Shown piece by piece: positions 47,089 through 59,300 of a stretch of 64,000 bases of DNA. Every line of letters begins with the position of its first letter. Position 1 is the first letter of the stretch. Origin of the DNA: Setoptus koraiensis (Eukaryota; Animalia; Arthropoda); the NCBI GenBank assembly GCA_048013815.1, contig CM106585.1, positions 16,120,001 through 16,184,000 of the forward strand, written 5' to 3'. The notes below the pieces were generated by a model. It made no database searches, was not told where the DNA came from, and saw nothing but the letters and a program-made list of their open reading frames with translations. A program made the translations under genes and the position numbers.

Positions 47089-47502
47089 ACTTGAGTAGGC
47101 CTTAGCTGTTCAAAAAAGTATCACTGTAAATGCTAATGAGTGAAAGTGGAAGAATAGGCCACAAATTGATGATACAATGACAGTATCACTATTCTATATC
47201 AACTCGATCACAAGTTGAACAAATAAAACAAACCAGAAAAATAAAAACAGAAGTGAAAAAATGAAAAGCAAGCGGACAATTCAAACGTTCATTAGTTGGT
47301 TCAGAGGAATATCAAAGGTCTAGTGGGTGAACTGGTAGTATTTTTATGAATAGTCAGAGTAGAGGATAAACAATTTTGTATCAAGTGAGGCACTCGCTTT
47401 TGGCATCTCGTAGGCACTAGGCTAGGGAATGTATCTATTACAGTGAGTCTCTAACCATTCCTTGAACTTGAGATCCTTTTCAAAAGAGCGAACTTGATAG
47501 TG

Positions 47503-49659
47503 TTATATAAATTTTGACAAAGCATTGTTTGTATGATTCATGGAATGAATCTTCGTTCGAGAGGGTGATGTTACAACCCATTCGTACCAAACGTTGCTTT
47601 CATTGTACTTCCTCCACACTTCGACAGTCAAAATTTCATTGGCTTTGACAAATATTGGTATCTCAAGAGGTATATATGCAGGGAACCAACTATGCATATC
47701 AGTCGTTTCCCTTCCCGGAACAGTTGAAAGGGTAACTCCACGATAGAGATCAGCGTCAAAATAACCTGCAAAGCCATGGCATAGCACATCAATGTCCGAA
47801 GTGAAGAAGAGTTTCTTGTAACGATAATTATCACGTTTTTCTGGTTCCAAGCTGAGATTAAAATGATCGAATTCGAATAAAGACTGACACGTGTCCCATC
47901 TATAATGATTCATTAGTCTAACAACGTAAAGTGAGTCGTAGGCACAGTTCGAAAGACCGTTACTGTTGACCTTCGAGTGAAGTCGTGGGGAGTGGACAGG
48001 CGCAATATACGAGCAGTAGCTCTGGGGTATTGATATTGCATCCGGATTAACTGCTTGCCATACTCCATCCAAACATTCTGGGCTAAGTTCATTATCCGCG
48101 AGTGATCCCAGCAACTCAGAGACAACAATGTCTGCTTTGTTAGGAGGAATATACTTTCTCATATCTGACTCAACGATGGTCACGTTGTAATGGAACAACA
48201 TACCATCGTTTCCCGATGACCAATTTTGCCTTCGTCGATACTCCAACGTCACAACTGAATTTGGATTCTTTTCAACCGCAATGATCTCTAATAGACAGAA
48301 GAGATTAGTATCCCTTGCAGCTTCTATACACGCATCAACCAAAGGTCCCCTTCCGGCTCCAACTACTAGTACCGTTAATGTCACTTCTGGTTTTTTATCA
48401 ACGAAATCCTCCGGCAAAAGATCATCGACATCACTGTGTGGAGAGACATTCCGTTCAGCGGCTTTTACTATGAGGGCCTGTCGGATTGCCTCCTGGTAGT
48501 GAATGTATTTGACTATATCCATCTCAAAAGTTTCGTAGGTTGTAGATTCTAAATTGGACGACAGTGGTTGCAAGGGTATTTGCAGAGTGTCTTCAAAGTC
48601 GACCAATTCGTCTATTGTACTTTTCTTGGCTTGTTCCAGCAAGTGTCTCAAGTAACCGCAGTATGCCGAGTATTTGTGAGCATTATGATTAGATCCTGTC
48701 AATACCAAACTAAATTTAAGAGACATCGATGTACCTAGTCCAATAATAAAGCGCTGATGAGCCGCAAGAAGAACTGGATGGTTATTTCTGTTGCTGACGA
48801 AATTTTCTATCGGTACAAATACCATGTGCACTGGCTCGCCTTTCCACCTATCGAGTTCTGATTTGTTTGGCAAATTGGTTTCAATTGTTAAGCAAATTCC
48901 AATTCTCGGATCTGGTACCAAATGATCTCTAAAGTTATTCCATAACTGCCAAGGTGAATACCAAAGACGCGAATCATTGCAGTCTTCTGTCTCATTATCC
49001 TCACTTGTGTCACGATGAGAGCTGTCAGTAGAAGATGAGGGGGTGTCTCCCGACTTAGAGCGCGATTTGGAATCAATTTTCTTCGCGTGGCTAATCACTT
49101 TTGAGGGAGCGGTGACGATTTTCGCTGAATGATCGCCTATGCGAACTTTAATTAATACAAGTGGTAAGTTGTTAGCAAGATTTACTAAAGGGCAAGCTCG
49201 AAGTTTGTTGTTGATGATTGCGGCTAAATTTGTGCATCCCGATTGTGTAGTTGGACAATCTATCAGGATAACTGAGGCATTGAGATAGAATGCATTGCTA
49301 AATAATCTTTCAACCATTTGGATAGATTGATGTCTACAACAATCGATTTGTGGGCCATTCAGATCTAAAACTACCCTTGACTTCCATCTGGCTGAAGACA
49401 GAGATCGGTCGGCAATAGTTTTCAATTTATTGTCCTTACTACTTGGATAGTATCGCGGATGTTGCAATGGGATGACAACAAAACTGAATTCATCTTTCAA
49501 GGCCTCATCTATAACATTATCTACATGTCCATCGAGGAAGGGTTTATGTATACCAGGTTTCATTTCTATATTACACTTGAAGCTGGTGTATCTATCCAGG
49601 TTGGGTTCATCGCTGACCAACGCCTTTGGTTGCTTGCTTTTTGAGCTGCCAGTTGGCAT
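47503..49659 (-). CDS. PRMT5: Protein arginine N-methyltransferase 5 (capsuleen/Dart5), 718 aa, intronless
   Basis: LQIPLQPLSSNLESTTYETFEMDIVKY..YQEAI, VVGAGRGPLV, AVEKNPN, SDMR...P.KADIVVSELLGSLADNELSPECLDG (double-E loop), HGFAGYFD..LY, MHSWFP, VWYEW. Confidence 0.97.
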   Translation of the reverse strand: MPTGSSKSKQPKALVSDEPNLDRYTSFKCNIEMKPGIHKPFLDGHVDNVIDEALKDEFSFVVIPLQHPRYYPSSKDNKLKTIADRSLSSARWKSRVVLDLNGPQIDCCRHQSIQMVERLFSNAFYLNASVILIDCPTTQSGCTNLAAIINNKLRACPLVNLANNLPLVLIKVRIGDHSAKIVTAPSKVISHAKKIDSKSRSKSGDTPSSSTDSSHRDTSEDNETEDCNDSRLWYSPWQLWNNFRDHLVPDPRIGICLTIETNLPNKSELDRWKGEPVHMVFVPIENFVSNRNNHPVLLAAHQRFIIGLGTSMSLKFSLVLTGSNHNAHKYSAYCGYLRHLLEQAKKSTIDELVDFEDTLQIPLQPLSSNLESTTYETFEMDIVKYIHYQEAIRQALIVKAAERNVSPHSDVDDLLPEDFVDKKPEVTLTVLVVGAGRGPLVDACIEAARDTNLFCLLEIIAVEKNPNSVVTLEYRRRQNWSSGNDGMLFHYNVTIVESDMRKYIPPNKADIVVSELLGSLADNELSPECLDGVWQAVNPDAISIPQSYCSYIAPVHSPRLHSKVNSNGLSNCAYDSLYVVRLMNHYRWDTCQSLFEFDHFNLSLEPEKRDNYRYKKLFFTSDIDVLCHGFAGYFDADLYRGVTLSTVPGRETTDMHSWFPAYIPLEIPIFVKANEILTVEVWRKYNESNVWYEWVVTSPSRTKIHSMNHTNNALSKFI

Positions 49660-50042
49660 GGCTACTGGCTATGTCTACTATTTGATCTGTAGATGAAACG
49701 GAAACGATGTATATAAATGCATAAATTAGTATAATTGTGTATGTGATAAACAGAGTTTAATTTATAAAAATTGTCCTTATAGCTATATGAGAGTGATTAG
49801 AGAGGATTAGATTTTGGACCGCACGTTTCTCGGACCAATTAGGGCAACACATGAGTTGAGAGCACATGTGTTTGTTTGAACAGCGCAAATGGTAAACACG
49901 CGAGTGCACAGAATGGGCAAGTCACAATTCTTTTGCAATGATGAGATTAGCACAGAATTAGCTAGTCCAGCTGTACGACACTGACATTGTTGGACTTTTC
50001 CGGCTATGTCTACATTACCTGGACACTGCCGACCACGTGTTG

Positions 50043-50100
50043 AACTTTAACTAACTAACTATAAACTTTAACTAACTATAAACTTTAACTAACTGTAAAC
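50043..50100. repeat. Three tandem copies of a 17-bp unit (AACTTTAACTAACTATA; first copy 21 bp) in the PRMT5-SDR divergent intergenic region
   Basis: 50043-50063, 50064-50080 and 50081-50097 are near-identical. Confidence 0.9.
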
Positions 50101-50466
50101 ATATTGATGTTGCGTAAGTGTTGTTGTCTTTGATAACGATAAGTGTTGTGTGTTCGGCCGTCATTAGTGCGACTACGATTTCCAGGCGTTCACATTTTGC
50201 GACCATTGTCTCCAATCAAGAGTCGAATACTTGAGATGAGATGACAATAACTTATTGTCAATAAGTAGCGAATCAAGTGCAAAGTAATCCAGAGACTAAT
50301 TTGTACTTGTCATGTACGTGTCGTGGCATCTGATTACATGACTAGATTCTAGTCACTAGAAGGGTTTTTTAAATATGGTGCTCATCATCGTAATTGTATT
50401 TTAAGGGTTGCACATACGATTAATAGTCTGATTGTAAAAAACATCATTCTAGCCACATAATTTGTG

Positions 50467-50474
50467 TATATAAG
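50467..50474 (+). promoter_or_regulatory. Candidate TATA box for the SDR gene
   Basis: TATATAAG about 190 nt upstream of the SDR ATG; consensus match only. Confidence 0.3.
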
Positions 50475-50664
50475 GCCAATTATTTCCAATTGACTAATCT
50501 ATTAGTTTGATTGTCTACATTTTTCGTCTACATCCCGATTAAGTATTACACTTTCTACGATAAACTCGTATTCACTGCGATAGTAGTATTTGTATAGACA
50601 GTAGAATTGCCCACGCCAGCAAGTAAAGTTACAGTCAGTCGGCATTAATTTAGTTCAGCTCATA

Positions 50665-51438
50665 ATGGCCCAAGAAAACCGCAAAGTAGCCCTAGTGACA
50701 GGATCTAGTTCGGGTATCGGCGAGGCCGTAGCCTATGAATACGCCAAACTGGATTATCATGTAGTTCTAACGGGCAGAGATGAGGATAGACTAAACAAGG
50801 TGGCGGCCAAATGTACAGAACTCAGTCCATCCAAACTCGTCCCATTGGCCGTTAAGGCGGATTTCTTAAACGCCGCACAAGTCGACAATGTGTTCAACAA
50901 GACAATCGAGAAATTTAAACGTCTAGATATTCTCATCAACAACGCCGGATATGCAGGGGCAAGACAATCTCTTGATAAGGGCGACGATTTTATGGTCGAC
51001 TTCAACAACATTCTTACAGTCAACTTGACCTCATCGGTGCGATTGAGTCAATTGGCCTTGCCCTATCTGAAGGAGACTAAAGGATCAATTGTCAACGTGT
51101 CATCCATTGCATCGAGAATTGGTATACCCTCCGTGTCTTACAGCGTCTCTAAGGCTGGCCTGAGTATGCTGACCAGAAGTCTGGCTAACCTGGTCGGATC
51201 ATCGGGTGTGCGCGTGAACACCGTGTCTCCCGGTCCCATCGTAACAAACTTCGGACCGGACCAGGCTAAGCACGGTGTTGTGACAACTCTCGAGCGGCCT
51301 GGTGAATCGGAAGAGGTTGCCGATCTCATTGTCTTTCTCACCTCTGACAAGGCCCAATTTATTCAGGGAGCCGAGATCGATATCGACGGTGGCACCTTAG
51401 TCAAATCGCCGCTTTCAACATACAAACAGAAAATTTGA
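50665..51438 (+). CDS. Classical short-chain dehydrogenase/reductase (FabG-like), 257 aa, intronless
   Basis: TGSSSGIG (TGxxxGxG), LDILINNAG, IVNVSS, catalytic YSVSK (YxxxK), VRVNTVSPG, G.EI.IDGG. Confidence 0.95.
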   Translation: MAQENRKVALVTGSSSGIGEAVAYEYAKLDYHVVLTGRDEDRLNKVAAKCTELSPSKLVPLAVKADFLNAAQVDNVFNKTIEKFKRLDILINNAGYAGARQSLDKGDDFMVDFNNILTVNLTSSVRLSQLALPYLKETKGSIVNVSSIASRIGIPSVSYSVSKAGLSMLTRSLANLVGSSGVRVNTVSPGPIVTNFGPDQAKHGVVTTLERPGESEEVADLIVFLTSDKAQFIQGAEIDIDGGTLVKSPLSTYKQKI

Positions 51439-53821
51439 GAAAGTTTGCCCTTAAAGCACAAATTTCACAGTTGAAGAGTTGGTTTTATTTCACATCGATA
51501 AATTTTATTACAAATAAATTGACATGATCAAACACTGATTTGTTGGGTTGCGCTCTTCCAATCGAATTGTTTGCTAGGTGACATGTGACTTGAACATTGC
51601 CAATGTAGTGACCATGCCCATTTGTTTTGTAACCAATGATTGGTTGCCAATGTCGCAGTGAAGACTCACAAATTGGCACGACTACTGGGAGTGTGCCCTT
51701 TTTCCCCTTTGATCGACATTCTATTGGCGCAACAGTTGGTTGGTGCAGATACAAAATCGCCAAAATGGCTCCAATATCGGCTCGTCTGGCCGACAACGAG
51801 CTCATGAGGTGTCTTATGTAACAAACAACAATTCTCCAGTGAGTCTGTTATTTATGGGCCCGACAATAGATGGAGCTAGCCCCTTTGATGGATGGATACA
51901 AGTGAGCCGACATGATTGCCAACAATGCTAGTGATTACTTCCTTCGACAAACTGAAGCCAACTCCCTGTTCTAGTGTGACTAATGAACATCAATTTAGAA
52001 TGAATGCAACAGTGGTTCAAGCACACATGCAACAGACACACACATACAAACAAAGATTACATAACAGAATGTCATGTTGCATTTTGGTCTCTTCTCTTTT
52101 TCACCATGTGCGAGCGCATCGCCCTTCAACGAAATTGAGCCAATTTAGTCGTTCAGCTATCATTCAATTTGCGATTGACTTACAACTTGTTGGCTCAGTT
52201 TGCAACCAAGAAATATTGAGAGACATTTCAAAGGAATGGCAACATGATTAGTTGTTAAATACATCTAATGCGTGATTGCGAATGATCTATCGCGAGTCGC
52301 GGCCATTATAAAATCTCAGTCTCGCCTTTTTGAGTCATTTATTTATCGCCATTGGCAAACCACCTCGTTAAGTCGGGCATTGAGCACATGATTACTTGTT
52401 GAGTAGAACTGCACTGGAGCGTCGATAAATCGTTGACATAGACCTACTGTATCCTGCTAAATGTATAGCAGAGTACACACAAAGTGTTACACATAGCAAC
52501 CCACAGAGCAACGTGCTGATATTCGGTTGAACAACAATTTCCGGCCGCTACAACAATATCGTTAATAATTAGTGATCTGGCTAAAAAAGTTATAATTTAG
52601 ATTTTGTTGTACTGGTCTGTGAGCATTTAGAGGAAAAGCGAGGTGCATGTTAACAGCAGCTTTTTTCCCAGCGGAACAGTTTCGCTACCAGATAGTTTGT
52701 GGAATTAGTGGAAGCCGATAACACAAATTATGACAAAAGGTTCATTTAATTGTTGAGTTTCAACTTACAATAGCAACAACAAGCTCATAGACAACTAACC
52801 AGTTGGCCAGATACTAGCTCGGTGATTGAAGCTCCGCAATACAGAACAAAATAGGCAGTTTGGCGAAGATAAAACCTGTCATCGAAGCGCTCTTGTGTAC
52901 AACAGTAATGAGGCATTTTGGAATTTGTTCCACACACACACAGTGCTACTGCTGTTAGTGGTATTTGTTGATTTACATGAAAAATAACCACGCCTGCAGT
53001 TGTTATGGTCGTTGATGATGGCACTAGTGGATTGGTCTTTAGAGCCTAGACTTTCTAAACTCCGCAGAGAGACACAACAACGGCAAGTACGCCATATTAT
53101 CCAACTGACTAACTAACCAACTGCAGCTACTGCTGCTGCTGCTCATCTATCTGGCAAACATATTTCGAAAAATCAAGCTACGAATAGTTGTTGTTCTTCT
53201 TCATTTTGCCCGCCTCAGTTGCTAGCTTCAATGGAATGTGACACCGCCATCCTTTCTATTATTATGTTTGAATTGTGTGTCTATTTGTCTGTCTAGTCCC
53301 TTTTTATAGGCACTAATCAGCAGCAGCATATTAACAACAATAAGTCGACAATTTAAAATCGACTTTATACGAACGGCTCGTTGTATGTTGATCATTATAC
53401 AATTCGGTCGGTTTGAAACCATTACTCACAACACGATTATTTAGCACAGTTATGTAAGCGTAACGCGCCGAATCATGAATTATAATGGTTCCTTAATGAT
53501 AGAAACAGACAACTAGTTGATTATTGCCATGCATTTTATTAAATAATAACTAGAAATGAATGTACCACACTCCATCAACTCTAAAACTAATCGCCAATAT
53601 ATACGTGTGCACTCTGTGAATACGAAGTTGGATGAGCTCTCGAGTATAGGTTCTCATGTTTGTGTGCGCTTGTTTGTTTGTTTCTTTATTTCTACTCACA
53701 AACATTCATTATTTACTGAAAGATTTATTCATCAAGCTTCTCATTGAAGCATGAAGCATATGACAAGAAGTGGTACACAGTTCCACAGTTTCTAAAGCTG
53801 TCTCATGCAAACGAAGTGCTT

Positions 53822-53825
53822 TGTT

Positions 53826-53856
<31 letters not shown>

Positions 53857-53868
53857 TTTTGTTGTTAC
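53822..53868. repeat. (TTG/CTG)n trinucleotide tract
   Basis: Directly visible. Confidence 0.85.
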
Positions 53869-56343
53869 TATCGCTGCTAAATCAATGATCAATTTTTGCG
53901 GGTAGTGGTGCTATTTATTTTGTTTTGCTATCGCTGCCAAGTTCAAAATTCACCTGTTGAATCTGCCATGGGACGACCAGCACATGTTATACCAGAGAAA
54001 GATTTAGAGATAAATGGAAACAAGTCTCAAGTTTCTCTTCACTCGTTGGTTAGCTGTTTGAACGTCATCATTGTTATTTTTGAAGCCATCATTCAATTCA
54101 AACTCTCTCACTCTCTATCTAGTCTACCTGTATTACTCACCAGTACTCATGTACATAGACATACAACAAACGTAATTTTGTAGTATAGATACTATACGTT
54201 CGTGGTGATTCCAGAAAAGCATCGCTTTTTCACCTTTTCAACAGCTAGTCTGATCTCACAAGTAAACTAATGACGACAAGCTGCAATAAAACTAACAAAA
54301 AAGCACACATCTTATCGCTACGGCGAAGAACATTAGATTTATCACTTAATAATTAGACTCTACTAACTGAATTGATTAGATAGAACTCCGTCCGAACGCT
54401 CATAGAGGTCGCCTTAGTTGCCATGAAATCTGCACATGTATTTTCCGTCGTCATTGGTGACGCCTGTGATGTAAGAATGGAGGGGGAAGAGAGAGAGAGA
54501 GCTTATGTAAGATGGGCGCGATTTGCGTATAATGCGGCGTATCAGGAATTAACAGGTTCCATTGGGTAAACTATCAAAAACAGGTTGACCGCTCAGTCCA
54601 ATTGATCAGTTCTAATCTGCTATTGACCTTCAACGAGGAGAAGTGGAATTGGGGAAGGAACGATAGTCCAGACAGATATACTACCTTAGTTGATTTGCTC
54701 TGAGGGTGATAGCAACAACATCGGAGTACATCCATCTTGTGCAGACACTGTGAGCATAAGCGGATAGATTTGTATTTCCACTATTCGAACATGATATAAT
54801 GATAAAATGTTCTTCCTCGAGTAACTGCAATCTTCTTTATCGCTTTTTCTTCATATCTCCGTGTCCAATATCAAAGCACTACTAACTTCATTCACAAACA
54901 AACTCTTGTTCACTTTTCTTGTGCGACGACCCCTTCCTGATAGATTTTACGAGGCAAGACGATACCCAACATTAAAGGTATCGATAAGGTTGATGACTTG
55001 GAGGCGTGTTGTGGTCTCGTATGCCCTACGGGAGCGAAATGTGAAGATGAGAACACAACAGACTTTACGATTATGATAATTATAATGATCATATAAATCT
55101 CGAAGGGAAATCTTCGTTGTGTTTGGTTGATGATGAGTTAATGATAGCTGTTCTAGCCAAACTAGTTTGTTATATTGGTTACCCCCGCCCCCGCCGTGCC
55201 CAACTCATGAAGACTGAACAAATACCAGCAAAAGAGTGTCTACCATGCACCTTGGTTTGTGAGAACTGATTACCGATGGTGGTGTTGTAGCTTGCTCACA
55301 ATTGCATCGACCGACATAGACGCCTAACTCAATTTGCCCAGCTGAACAAAAAAAAAACATGAGCACCAAGCTTGTTAGAGCAGCAACAACAATCGCTCTG
55401 ACTTTTGATCGGTTGCTGAGAGGTTTGTTGTCAGTAGGCTACTATCAAGGAAACGCCCCCAACTGTCCATTGAGAGTCCAACTCTGGGAGTTGGCTCTAT
55501 TTTCATGAAATGGCAAGCGAGGTCTACACTTGATTTGCTAAGAATTTGTGCATGAGGATACTTCTGTCCGGTGGTTACTTTGCGTAGCTTCATCATTTGA
55601 GAGCAAGATTGAAAATGGACTCTGGCCACTCAGTTTCTGATGGACGATGTCGGACCAGGGAAAAGGTCTTTTCTTTTATATTTAGTATTGTCCAGTTATC
55701 CATTCTCTAGGTGGCAAAGTGAAAAACTCACAATAAAGGTAGCAGAAAAAAAACTGAAACTCTTTTTTTTTTTTCTTTAGTTAACTTGATTCTTCGGCCT
55801 AGTACCCGATGACCAGAGTCCAGAATTCAATTAAATTTGGCGCTTTAGGTATCGCAACAGGTGCACGCTAGGTGGCGCGTTTTAAAATGAACCTGTGCGC
55901 AAGAAAAGTTCGGCGAAGACGATCAGGTTTAGGGCACACAATGGCACAGTGATGCTCGCCGCTCAACCAGACACATTCAAACACACAAGCACACACACAC
56001 AGGTTGATGCAAAGTGATGGACTTAACCACTTGTGGATAATATTGGCTCAGCCACGTCAACCGACAATGAACACACTGAAGAATGTTCAGCGGCTTATAC
56101 TATATAAATATAAATATATATACATATATACATCCATACATACAAACATGCATACATATATAGATTAACCAAACTTAAATCTGCACACATTCTATCTTGT
56201 GTGTTGCATCAAAAAACACAGAATGCATCTACTTAACTATCTTACTATTATTAATTATTATTATTACTATCATTATTATTATTAAAACTATTTTCATTAT
56301 TTTATTACCTACTATTATTACATTTTAAGTTGACCTCGACACA

Positions 56344-59300
56344 ATGTTGTGGTTGCCTTTTATTGTATCATTATACTCAATATACCTGGTATCCTCACCA
56401 TCACATGGTCAGCTTACATTACAGGTCCCCACCACTCTCGCGCCTATCTTAATTGATAAACAAAGGAGTACATCGCCCAATGTAATTAATAATGATAGTC
56501 CTTGCACCAAAGATAATGGTGGATGTCAATACCTATGTGTCATATTAAACAACTTTAGTAACGTTTCTAACTCTAGTAGTAGCGGCAACAACTCTAGTAA
56601 CAGTAGTAACAATAACAATAATGATACCAGCATTTCCTTATCAACCAATAACAACAACAATCAAACAATCAAATCATCTTTACTTGAGGCCACCACGTCC
56701 ATACAAAAATACAAATGTGCCTGTCCAGTTGGTCTACAGTTAGATAATGATCTGAAAAAATGTGTACCTATAGATGAAATTTTGTTATACTCGCAACAAC
56801 GTCATGTACGTGGTGTTATACTCTCTAATGGTACACCAAGGCCATCATTTACTTACAATGCATCTACCACATATTTGCCATCAAATATTTATACCACATT
56901 AAGCTTAAGTGGAAAGAATTCTACTGTACAAGTTAGCCAACAAACAAATGCAACTTTTCGCGCCTATAAAGGATCCCAACCTATTTTTAATCAGACGTTT
57001 AGTGATGTTATTGTGCCTATAGAGAGTCGCACGGCTCGTTTTGTTGGTTTAGATTTTGATACTCGTAATCAATTCATATATTATTCAGATGTTTTATTGG
57101 ATGTTATATACAAAGTTAGATTAAATGGTACCGGCAGAGAAAACGTTTTGGCCTCTCAAAGCGAAGGAGTTGAAGGATTAGCTCTAGATTGGGCTTCTCA
57201 AAATCTTTATTATATAGACAGCAGGAAAGGTACTCTTAATGTGGTTAATGTCGCCAATACTACTCAAAGGCGTGTTTTATTAACTAATCTTAAAAGACCA
57301 CGCGCTATAGTAGTCCATCCAAACAGAGGATTTGTTTTTTATAGCGAATGGGATAGACCGGCTAATATTAGTAGAGCCTATCTAGATGGAACGAATGTCG
57401 TCACTTTCAGAGGTGTTTTATTAGGCTGGCCTAATGGATTAAGTATTGACTTTTTAACAGATAGACTCTACTGGTGTGATGCATTGTTAGATCATATACA
57501 GCATTCCAATCTCGATGGAACAGATGTAAAGACGATAACCATGCCACTGATTAAGCATCCTTTTTCGCTCGTGATACATCAAGAATGGATATATGTTACA
57601 GATTGGCGCTTGGATGCCATAATAAGATTGCACAAAGAGACAGGTGCTAATGAAAAGCTAGTCTTAAGTGTTGAAGAGGGCAATAGACTGTATGGAATCA
57701 AAATATATAGCCAAAAAAATCAAGTCATACATTCACACCACCCATGTGCCAATGGAATTTCACAGTGCCAGAAATTTTGCTTTGCAGTGCCAGTTATGAT
57801 ATCACAAGGTGATATTATATCGACTCCAACAGTGACAGCTATAGCGAATGTTACGAATTCAACAACCAATTTATCCAAGATAACAACTAATGCAACAACT
57901 ATAAATAATATGATGATTGATCCCTCCACAATCAAGTTTGTACAGAGCTCTGATACTAATTCAGGCTTAGTGGCCGTGTGTGGCTGTCCTTATGGAGAAA
58001 AATTGGCCTCAGATAACAAGACATGTATGACGGATCCGAAAAGAGAACCACCAATAAATCCATGCCCTAATGCTTGGGATTTCACCTGTGATAATCAACG
58101 TTGTATACCAAAATCATGGCAATGCGACGGTGATGATGATTGTCTTGACGGAAGTGATGAGCGTCATGGAAGTGACGGAAAACACAATTGTAGCCAAGCT
58201 ACTTGTACAAGTCGCGAATTTCAATGTGCCACAGGAAAATGTATACCCATATCATTTAAGTGTGACTCCGACAATGACTGCGCTGATGGAAGTGATGAGC
58301 AAGGCTGTCGTAGTGTCACATGTGAATCTTCAGAATTTGCTTGCGCCAATGGACGTTGCATCTCCAAAACCTGGGTTTGTGATGGCGAAAACGATTGCAC
58401 AGACGGAAGCGACGAAAGCAAACCGTGTAATCATAGTACTTGTGCTTACTACCAATTCACATGTCCAGGAACCGGAACTTGTATACCAACATCGTGGAAA
58501 TGTGATGGAGAGAACGATTGTGGAGATGACAAAGAAGGCGAGACAGCGGATGAGAAAGATTGTCCACCAATCAAATGTACATCAACACAGTTCAGATGTG
58601 AGAATGGAAAAACTTGTATTCACAAATCTTATAAATGTGACGGTATTTTCGATTGTGGTGACAAAAGCGACGAGGCGGATTGTAAGAACACTCAAGCAGG
58701 CAATCCATCCGGACAACCAGCGGGTATTTGCGATGAACATTCTAGGGATCAGTTTCAATGTCCATCCACTAAAACATGTATCCCGAAGGCGTTTCGATGC
58801 GACGGATCTAGAGATTGTCCCGATGGAGCTGATGAAACAAATTGCGACTCTTATGCCTGCCCTCCAAATCACTTCAAGTGCGCTAACGGCAAATGTCTCC
58901 CCAGTCTCACATGGATCTGTGATGGAAATGACGACTGTGGTGATGATAGTGATGAAGGAGCCCTCCATGCTTGTAAACCACCACCGTTTTATTGTCCACA
59001 TGGTCAGTGGCAATGTCCCACATCTAGTTTACCAAGTATAATCAAATCAGCTAAATCAAGTTCTAGTACTTCAAATATTAAATTCAACCCAAAGGCTTCT
59101 ACATCTTTCAAGACAACAACAAATCCAATGCAATCTACAGTTGGTTTAGAAAAATGTATACCGATTGAAAATATCTGTAACGGCAAGAGTGACTGTCCAA
59201 ATGGTGGCGATGAGGGACCTAGCTGTGATCTTGCTGTTTGTCCTCAAGGACTATGTGGATCTAATAACTGCACTGTGACACCCCTAGGTCCTCTATGTAA

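Noticed and set aside
50339-50355. TGACTAGA-T-TCTAGTCA inverted repeat (begins like miR-279)
   Set aside because: 8-bp arms are expected about once or more per 64 kb by chance, and a 1-nt loop cannot be a miRNA precursor.
50665-51438. Horizontal transfer of the intronless, somewhat GC-richer FabG-like SDR
   Set aside because: Intronless genes are the norm in this window and this SDR type is common in arthropods; only a phylogeny could support HGT.
51485-56300. Short ORFs upstream of megalin as candidate missing N-terminal exons or separate genes
   Set aside because: None shows LDLa, EGF or YWTD patterns or other recognisable motifs.
58070-59186. 323-aa and other alternative-frame or antisense ORFs within megalin
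   Set aside because: Shadow ORFs of the Cys/Asp-rich LDLa repeat coding frame.
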